Source of the DNA: a virus
Taxonomy: Duplodnaviria; Heunggongvirae; Uroviricota; Caudoviricetes
Reading direction: 5' to 3' (one strand)
Virus record (IMG/VR): IMGVR_UViG_648861009_000009
Length of the DNA: 43,791 nucleotides
Shown: positions 37,548 to 43,791 of the stretch, in pieces
Layout: each line of letters begins with the position of its first letter
How positions within the stretch are numbered: position 1 is the stretch's first letter
The notes under the pieces: model-generated
Told to the model about the DNA's origin: nothing
What the model saw: only the letters and a program-made list of their open reading frames with translations
Databases searched by the model: none
Program-made: the position numbers and the translations under genes

Positions 37548-38153
37548 ATGAGCAAAGAATTTTACGCAAGACTGGCAGCTATTCAGGAGAATCTGAACGC
37601 GCCAAAGAATCAGTACAACTCATTCGGCAAATATAAATACAGAAGCTGCGAAGATATTCTTGAAGGCGTTAAGCCGTTACTGAATGGTCTGTTTTTATCA
37701 ATCAGCGATGAAGTTGTGTTGATTGGTGATCGGTATTACGTGAAAGCCACGGCAACTATTACCGATGGCGAAAACAGTCATACAGCAACCGCTCTTGCAC
37801 GAGAGGAAGAAAGCAAGAAAGGAATGGATTCTGCACAAGTTACGGGAGCTACAAGCTCTTATGCACGCAAGTATTGCCTCAATGGTTTGTTCGGCATTGA
37901 TGATGCGAAAGATGCAGATACCGACGAGCATAAACATCAGCAGGACGCAGCAGCAAAGCAATCAAAACCATCACCTACACCTGAACAGGTTCTAAAAGCA
38001 TTCACTGACGCAGCATTGCAGAAAAACACCGTAGAAGAGCTTAAACAGGCGTTCGCCAAAGCGTGGAAGATGCTCGAAGGCACACCGGAGCAGCACAAAG
38101 CGCAGGACGTTTACAACATCAGACGAGACGAATTAGAAGGAGCGGCTGCTTAA
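37548..38153 (+). CDS. erf: Single-strand annealing protein Erf
   Basis: MSKEFYARLAAIQENLNAPKNQYNSFGKYKYRSCEDILEGVKPLL matches P22 Erf. Confidence 0.85.
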   Translation: MSKEFYARLAAIQENLNAPKNQYNSFGKYKYRSCEDILEGVKPLLNGLFLSISDEVVLIGDRYYVKATATITDGENSHTATALAREEESKKGMDSAQVTGATSSYARKYCLNGLFGIDDAKDADTDEHKHQQDAAAKQSKPSPTPEQVLKAFTDAALQKNTVEELKQAFAKAWKMLEGTPEQHKAQDVYNIRRDELEGAAA

Positions 38154-38536
38154 TGGCACATTCGATTACTGTAAGACTAAACAAGCCCGCAAGAGAGTTT
38201 CAGGCCGGGGAAAATATCGGATTCAACATCCGTGCTGGAGTTCAGTATTACGATCGCCAGACAAAAAAGAAAGAATGGACAAACTACAGCGCCGTTGTAT
38301 TTGCCAAGCCGGGAGCGCAAGCGGATTACTACCGTAGTGTTCTTGTTGAAGGTGGCATTGTTGAAATTACCGGAGAAAACATCAGGGTTGATGTTTATCA
38401 GGGGCAAAATGGTCAATCAATCACTCTTGAATTACTGAATGCAAAGATTGGATTTGCAACTTCAGGAAATAGCCAACAGCAGCAAAGTAGCAATCATCAA
38501 AATCATCCTGAATACGACGATTCAATTCCCTTCTAA
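38153..38536 (+). CDS. ssb: Single-stranded DNA-binding protein
   Basis: ATG overlaps erf stop (TAATG); Gln-rich linker; acidic C-terminal tail DDSIPF as in SSB. Confidence 0.75.
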   Translation: MAHSITVRLNKPAREFQAGENIGFNIRAGVQYYDRQTKKKEWTNYSAVVFAKPGAQADYYRSVLVEGGIVEITGENIRVDVYQGQNGQSITLELLNAKIGFATSGNSQQQQSSNHQNHPEYDDSIPF

Positions 38537-38559
38537 AGTAGCAACATAAGGATTCCATT

Positions 38560-38853
38560 ATGCCAGCGCCTATGTATGGTGCGGATGACCCGCGCCGCTG
38601 TTCCGGCAATTCCGTATCGGAGGTGCTGGATAAATTCAGAAAAAACTACGACCTGATAATGTCTCTACCGCAGGAAACGAAAGAGGAAAAGGAATTTCGC
38701 CACTGTATATGGCTTGCAGAGAAAGAAGAACGCGAGCGAATTTACCAGACATCAATCCGACCATTCCGCAAAGCCACATATACCCACTTCCCTGAAATTG
38801 ACCCGCGCCTGCGTAATTACCGCTCACGCTATGGCGCTATCAGTAATGACTGA
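38560..38853 (+). CDS. Hypothetical protein
   Basis: 97-aa ORF. Confidence 0.4.
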   Translation: MPAPMYGADDPRRCSGNSVSEVLDKFRKNYDLIMSLPQETKEEKEFRHCIWLAEKEERERIYQTSIRPFRKATYTHFPEIDPRLRNYRSRYGAISND

Positions 38854-39027
38854 GGAATTTACCATGAGAGGACTTGCATACAATCCCGGCATTCTTCCGG
38901 CAGAAATGATTATTCGCCAACGCGTAAAGCCAATGCCATCGAGAGAGGAATTGCTTAAGAGAAATTCTTTTCCTTCAGTGAATCAAAACAAATATCTGAA
39001 TGCGATGTGGCGTAAAGGAGGCAAGCA

Positions 39028-39327
39028 GTGAGTGTATATCTTATTGATAAACGTCGACGTGGGCAACAAATACCACCTGTAGGAATTCCGAATCACACAT
39101 GGTTTTGCGTACTTGATATCGATGGTATGGATGCGTTGGTTGACACTCGTCATTACTGCGATACCGCAACAGCTACTCCGGCGAAAGCAAAGAAAATGGC
39201 TGCTCTGATAGAAAACTGGACTCCACCTGATGGTTGGTGCAATGGGAATGATCGAGATTGGCATGAAAAAATGAAGGGCTATATCTGCGATTTCTTACGT
39301 AAATGCAACGGATTCAGGGTGATGTGA
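39028..39327 (+). CDS. Hypothetical protein
   Basis: 99-aa ORF. Confidence 0.4.
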   Translation: MSVYLIDKRRRGQQIPPVGIPNHTWFCVLDIDGMDALVDTRHYCDTATATPAKAKKMAALIENWTPPDGWCNGNDRDWHEKMKGYICDFLRKCNGFRVM

Positions 39328-39328
39328 C

Positions 39329-40144
39329 ATGAACAAGATTGACTATCAGGCACTGCGTGCTAAGGCAGAAAAAGCAACGTGTGGTGAGTGGTCGCTCGAA
39401 TATGGAGAGGAGAGATTTGATGCTGGTGATGCGCTAATTCATCGTGAAGTTGTTGGATATCTTCCCATTTGCAGAATTGAAGGAGCGCATCCTGAAAGCG
39501 GTTTCGATGAAGATTTCCAGATGGAACAGCAGGCCAATGCTGAATTTATTGCTGCCTTTAATCCAAAGGTTGCTTTGGCACTACTGGATGAACGGGAAAG
39601 AAACCAGCAATACATCAAACGCCGTGACCAGGAGAACGAGGATATTGCTCTTACGGTTGGGAAGCTGAGAGTTGAGCTTGAGGAAGTAAAACAACACGCT
39701 GAAGAATTATCCGAAACCAAGGCTGTTCGTAACCAATGGCGGCCAGATATTTGCCCAATAACCGGACGTGCATTTTTCATGTGGATTGAGCATCCAACAT
39801 TGGGGAATGTGCCGACATATGGTGGCCCATTAGATAGTTACACCATTCCAACAAAGGACGGTGACGGTGAGTTTTCATGTGAGCGTTACGATCATGATTT
39901 TGGCGGTTGGGTAGAAAGCGAATGTCTTGGGTTATATCTGATTGATGATAGAGAACAATGCAGGGTCTACGAACTGGAGGAACGCGTTAAGGAACTGGAT
40001 GCTCGGGAAATATCGCTCCCGGAACGTAGCAGCATGCTTCATCGAACAGATTTTCACGATGATTACCAAACGGTAATGGCATACAAAGTTTCTGAAGTCA
40101 TCGCTGCAATCCGCGCCGCTGGCATTCGCATCAAAGGAGAGTGA
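39329..40144 (+). CDS. Ead/Ea22-like protein
   Basis: 271 aa; N-terminus MNKIDYQALRAKAEKATCGEW typical of Ead/Ea22-like prophage proteins. Confidence 0.65.
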   Translation: MNKIDYQALRAKAEKATCGEWSLEYGEERFDAGDALIHREVVGYLPICRIEGAHPESGFDEDFQMEQQANAEFIAAFNPKVALALLDERERNQQYIKRRDQENEDIALTVGKLRVELEEVKQHAEELSETKAVRNQWRPDICPITGRAFFMWIEHPTLGNVPTYGGPLDSYTIPTKDGDGEFSCERYDHDFGGWVESECLGLYLIDDREQCRVYELEERVKELDAREISLPERSSMLHRTDFHDDYQTVMAYKVSEVIAAIRAAGIRIKGE

Positions 40145-40145
40145 T

Positions 40146-40742
40146 ATGAGCGCTATAACCAAAGAACGTATCAAATTATTCATTAAAAATCCGCTTGATA
40201 ACGGACTTACTCGTGGCGAACAAATGGAACTGGCACGAATTGCACTGGCATCACTGGAACGCGAACAGATTCGCCACGAGCATGCCAAATGGTCTGACTC
40301 CACATTTGGCTGCGTTGGCCCCATTGGTCCGCTGAAACATCTCTCAAAAGAGGCACTGGAAGCCGCAGCCGAACCAGACGATCTTAGCGAGTGGGCTGAT
40401 ATGCAGTTTCTGTTGTGGGATGCACAGCGCCGTGCTGGCATCAGCGATGCTGAAATTACCGCTGCTATGGAAGATAAATTGAAGATCAACATGGAGCGCC
40501 AGTGGCCTGAGCCAAAAGATGGTGAGCCTCGCTTGCACATTAAAGAACCCGGCAACTCTCCGGTAATTCCGGATGGTTGGGTTATGGTGCCGAAGGAGTT
40601 AACCCCGGAAATGATGAGAGCCGTTCAGATTAGAAGTGAGCTTGGAGGGTATGCCACTTCCAATCTATCTGGTGCATACAATATGTTTTCTGAGTTCTGG
40701 AATGTTGCTGTCTCAGCTGCGCCTAAGGTGGATGATTTATGA
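40146..40742 (+). CDS. Hypothetical protein
   Basis: 198-aa ORF, ATGA-type overlap with upstream gene. Confidence 0.45.
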   Translation: MSAITKERIKLFIKNPLDNGLTRGEQMELARIALASLEREQIRHEHAKWSDSTFGCVGPIGPLKHLSKEALEAAAEPDDLSEWADMQFLLWDAQRRAGISDAEITAAMEDKLKINMERQWPEPKDGEPRLHIKEPGNSPVIPDGWVMVPKELTPEMMRAVQIRSELGGYATSNLSGAYNMFSEFWNVAVSAAPKVDDL

Positions 40743-41041
40743 ATCTATATCGCTGCCCATTCTGTGGTTCCACTGTGCTTAACATCGGATACTCATTCAG
40801 TATCAGAGGGAAAATGCGCTATGTGTCATGCAAATGTGGTGCCCAAGGACCAGAAAAACGAACTAAATCTGAAGCGATTTCTTCATGGAATAGTCGAATG
40901 AAAGTATGGGTTTATGATCCAGAAACCATATTAAACGCTGAAGAGCGCAGGAGAACGGAAGTCTATATTCATAACCTTAATGAAGATGGATTTACACCAG
41001 TGCTTGTAAAGGCTACTCCGCAGGAGGTTAACCATGGCTAA
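40739..41041 (+). CDS. Lar-family restriction-alleviation-like zinc-finger protein
   Basis: 100 aa; LYRCPFCGS ... YVSCKCGAQGP Cys pairs. Confidence 0.55.
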   Translation: MNLYRCPFCGSTVLNIGYSFSIRGKMRYVSCKCGAQGPEKRTKSEAISSWNSRMKVWVYDPETILNAEERRRTEVYIHNLNEDGFTPVLVKATPQEVNHG

Positions 41042-41071
41042 CCTGCAACTTGCCGTCAAAGGTGAATAACA

Positions 41072-41128
41072 ATCCTCGCACTCGCGGGGATTTATTTTAT
41101 CTGAACTCGCTACGGCGAGTTTTGTTTT
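41072..41128 (+). terminator. Tandem rho-independent terminators
   Basis: ATCCTCGC-ACTC-GCGGGGAT + TTTATTTTAT; AACTCGC-TACG-GCGAGTT + TTTGTTTT. Confidence 0.6.
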
Positions 41129-41141
41129 ATGGAGATGATAA

Positions 41142-41309
41142 ATGCACTTCCGAGTCACAGGTGAATGGAATGGAGAACCATTCAACAGAGTTATCGAAGC
41201 AGAGAACATCAATGACTGCTATGACCACTGGATGATATGGGCGCAGATAGCACATGCAGAAGTAACCAATATTCGAATTGAAGAACTGAAAGAACACCAA
41301 GCCGCCTGA
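41142..41309 (+). CDS. Small hypothetical protein between terminators
   Basis: 55-aa ORF with RBS GGAG; followed by hairpin GCCGCC-TGAT-GGCGGT + T6; below ORF-track cutoff. Confidence 0.35.
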   Translation: MHFRVTGEWNGEPFNRVIEAENINDCYDHWMIWAQIAHAEVTNIRIEELKEHQAA

Positions 41310-41335
41310 TGGCGGTTTTTTATTGGAGACAAGAA

Positions 41336-41680
41336 ATGTCAGATTTGGCTATGAAGGTTTTGAAATGGCAATCAACTGGCGATGTCGGCATCAGTAGCGC
41401 AACTCTTGCCTCAATCGCATGCGGCCTGAAAAAGAATATCTATGGTCATCACTTCGGCGCTCCCCATGACGCAGCAGACTTTCGGCGATGCGTTGCACTT
41501 GTTGAGCAGATTCCAGAAATCAGAGATTCATTCGACAAGGTTGCAAAGCGCGTTCCGGCATTCAAAGGAATCCTCAACGAATGGGATTCACTCGTTGCTC
41601 TGTTGAAGTCTGAAATGAAGACGTACGGGAACAAAGCACCAGAGACTTACAGTAGAATTAGCGAGTTACGCAAGGACTAA
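41336..41680 (+). CDS. Hypothetical protein
   Basis: ORF 41309-41680; preferred start MSDLAMKVLKW at 41336 with RBS GGAG. Confidence 0.45.
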   Translation: MSDLAMKVLKWQSTGDVGISSATLASIACGLKKNIYGHHFGAPHDAADFRRCVALVEQIPEIRDSFDKVAKRVPAFKGILNEWDSLVALLKSEMKTYGNKAPETYSRISELRKD

Positions 41681-41813
41681 CCATAAAATAACACGCCTCA
41701 CACTCGATGAGGCATGTTCATTGCTCAAGATATCCAGACCTATCATCGCCGCATCAATGCGTTTTTTTATTGCCTGATTTGCAGGTTCGATTCCCTATTC
41801 GGAGATAGCACTC

Positions 41814-42014
41814 ATGCAACACGAACTACAGCCTGATTCACTGGTTGATTTGAAATTCATCATGGCCGATACTGGCTTCGGTAAAACCTTCATCTATGAC
41901 CGGATTAAGTCCGGCGACCTGCCAAAAGCCAAAGTTATCCACGGGCGAGCAAGATGGTTATATCGTGACCATTGTGAATTCAAAAATAAGCTCTTAAGCC
42001 GCGCCAATGGGTAA
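41814..42014 (+). CDS. torI: Excisionase TorI/AlpA family
   Basis: 66 aa MQHELQPDSLVDLKFIMADTGFGKTFIYDRIKSGDLPKAKVIHGRARWLY; winged-helix excisionase pattern matching remembered KplE1 TorI; adjacent to attR. Confidence 0.8.
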   Translation: MQHELQPDSLVDLKFIMADTGFGKTFIYDRIKSGDLPKAKVIHGRARWLYRDHCEFKNKLLSRANG

Positions 42015-42087
42015 AATAGCGGGTAAAATATTTCTCACATCTAAAAAACATCATTCTAATCAATCCCCTGTCACGTCAAGTAGATGT

Positions 42088-42102
42088 CTGCAGGGGACAC
42101 CA
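42088..42102. repeat. attR core (15-bp direct repeat of argW 3' end)
   Basis: ctgcaggggacacca identical to 1069-1083. Confidence 0.75.
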
Positions 42103-42543
42103 GATACCCTTCTAACAATATCTACCTTCACCCCGTAAAAGATGGGTTTGGCAGCACACTTGCCCTATATCTACTCATTTTTACTGCAACAGGTTGAAAT
42201 CTCAGCACTGTCAGAAAGCGCTGATGACTAAACAGCCCTGGGCCGGGCGATGTAACCATCATACAGAATCCTGATAGCGAAATATGGCGTGACTCGATAC
42301 TTCACTCTGCAATGCGTTCCTTGATGAATTCGCAGGCCCGTGATACACGGGACAAGTCGCTGAATGACGACAATGTCCTGGAAATCAGCGAACCGCGTAT
42401 CCGGAGTACATTTGAGCGACTGTACCAGAACATGAATGAGGCGTTTGGATTAGGTGATTATTAGTTGGGCTAAGCATTTTTGTATTATTATTTTCCGGTT
42501 GAGGGATATGGAGATATCGACAACAACCGGAAAAAGTTTACGT

Positions 42544-43791
42544 CTATATTGCTGAAGGTACAGGCGTTTCCATAACTATTTGCTCGCGTTTTTTACTCAG
42601 GAAGAAAATGCCAAATAGCAACATCAGGCAGACAATACCCGAAATTGCGAAGAAAACTGTCTGGTAGCCTGCGTGGTCAAAGAGTATCCCAGTCGGCGTT
42701 GAAAGCAGCACAATCCCAAGCGAACTGGCAATTTGAAAACCAATCAGAAAGATCGTCGACGACAGGCGCTTATCAAAGTTTGCCACGCTGTATTTGAAGA
42801 CGGATATGACACAAAGTGGAACCTCAATGGCATGTAACAGCTTCACTAATGAAATAATCCAGGGGTTAACGAACAACGCGCAGGAAAGGATACGCAACGC
42901 CATAATCACAACACCGATAAGTAATGCATTTTTTGGCCCTACCCGATTCACAAAGAAAGGAATAATCGCCATGCACAGCGCTTCGAGTACCACCTGGAAT
43001 GAGTTGAGATAACCATACAGGCGCGTTCCTACATCGTGTGATTCGAATAAACCTGCATAAAAGACAGGAAAGAGTTGTTGATCAAAAATGTTATAGAAAG
43101 ACCACGTCCCCACAATAAATATGACAAAAACCCAGAAGTTTCGATCCTTGAAAACTGCGATAAAATCCTCTTTTTTTACCCCTCCCGCATCCGCCGCTAC
43201 ACACTGGTGACCCTTATCTTTAAAACGCATGTTGATCATCATAAATACAGCGCCAAATAGCGAGACCAGCCAGAAGTTGATATGGGGACTGATACTAAAA
43301 AATATGCCGGCAAAGAACGCGCCAATAGCATAGCCAAAAGATCCCCAGGCGCGCGCTGTTCCATATTCGAAATGAAAATTTCGCGCCATTTTTTCAGTGA
43401 AGCTGTCAAGCAAACCACATCCCGCCAGATACCCCAGGCCAAAAAAGAGCGCCCCCAGAATTAGACCTACAGAAAAATTGCTTTGCAGTAACGGTTCATA
43501 AACGTAAATCATAAACGGTCCGGTCAAGACCAGAATGAAACTCATACACCAGATGAGCGGTTTCTTCAGACCGAGTTTATCCTGAACGATGCCGTAGAAC
43601 ATCATAAATAGAATGCTGGTAAACTGGTTGACCGAATAAAGTGTACCTAATTCCGTCCCTGTTAATCCTAGATGTCCTTTCAGCCAAATAGCGTATAACG
43701 ACCACCACAGCGACCAGGAAATAAAAAAGAGAAATGAGTAACTGGATGCAAAACGATAGTACGCATTTCTGAATGGAATATTCAGTGCCAT
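42544..43791 (-). CDS. cscB: Sucrose:H+ symporter CscB (LacY-family MFS)
   Basis: 415 aa, 12-TM, matches remembered E. coli CscB; csc locus is known to lie near argW in sucrose-positive strains. Confidence 0.85.
   Translation of the reverse strand: MALNIPFRNAYYRFASSYSFLFFISWSLWWSLYAIWLKGHLGLTGTELGTLYSVNQFTSILFMMFYGIVQDKLGLKKPLIWCMSFILVLTGPFMIYVYEPLLQSNFSVGLILGALFFGLGYLAGCGLLDSFTEKMARNFHFEYGTARAWGSFGYAIGAFFAGIFFSISPHINFWLVSLFGAVFMMINMRFKDKGHQCVAADAGGVKKEDFIAVFKDRNFWVFVIFIVGTWSFYNIFDQQLFPVFYAGLFESHDVGTRLYGYLNSFQVVLEALCMAIIPFFVNRVGPKNALLIGVVIMALRILSCALFVNPWIISLVKLLHAIEVPLCVISVFKYSVANFDKRLSSTIFLIGFQIASSLGIVLLSTPTGILFDHAGYQTVFFAISGIVCLMLLFGIFFLSKKREQIVMETPVPSAI

Larger units (their letters stand above)
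1069..42102. mobile_element. P22-like/lambdoid mosaic prophage (Sf6/HK620/KplE1-type) integrated in argW
   Basis: Bounded by 15-bp direct repeats; contains integrase, excisionase, immunity, replication, nin, Q, lysis, P22-type head/ejection/tailspike genes in canonical order. Confidence 0.85.

Overview
The window is an E. coli chromosomal segment carrying an apparently intact ~41 kb P22-like (Sf6/HK620-type) lambdoid prophage integrated at the 3' end of tRNA-Arg (argW), between yfdC (1-933) and the sucrose permease gene cscB (42544-43791). A 15-bp direct repeat (ctgcaggggacacca) at 1069-1083 and 42088-42102 marks attL/attR. The recombination module is split in the KplE1 manner: intS sits at attL and a TorI/AlpA-type excisionase at attR. 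Right-to-left on the minus strand runs the pR/late transcription unit: cro, cII, an O-like initiator with internal iterons, a primase-helicase, a nin region (NinB, Dam-like methyltransferase, NinE, NinF, YbcO-like, RusA, NinH), lambda-like Q with pR'/tR', lambda-like S/R/Rz/Rz1 lysis genes, a moron cluster, then P22-type terminase, portal, scaffold, coat, gp4, gp10, gp26, gp14, gp7, gp20, gp16, an immI region (mnt/arc/ant) and a P22-type tailspike. Left-to-right on the plus strand runs cI and the pL operon: N, Ral-like, cIII, Kil-like, Erf, SSB, Ead/Ea22-like, Lar-like. All calls rest on reading the sequence and ORF translations against remembered protein families; no searches were run and hand-derived coordinates may be off by 1-2 nt. 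Two N-runs (3586-3669, 27717-27984) are assembly gaps; the second is flanked by a ~200-bp duplication and is almost certainly an artefact. No CRISPR array, reverse transcriptase or large defence enzyme was seen. The best candidates for undescribed biology are small membrane or coiled-coil proteins at three classical moron hotspots: the sieA position next to mnt (6762-7864), the rex position after cI (33488-33856) and the conversion locus after the tailspike (2494-2793). Their functions are inferred from position and composition only.
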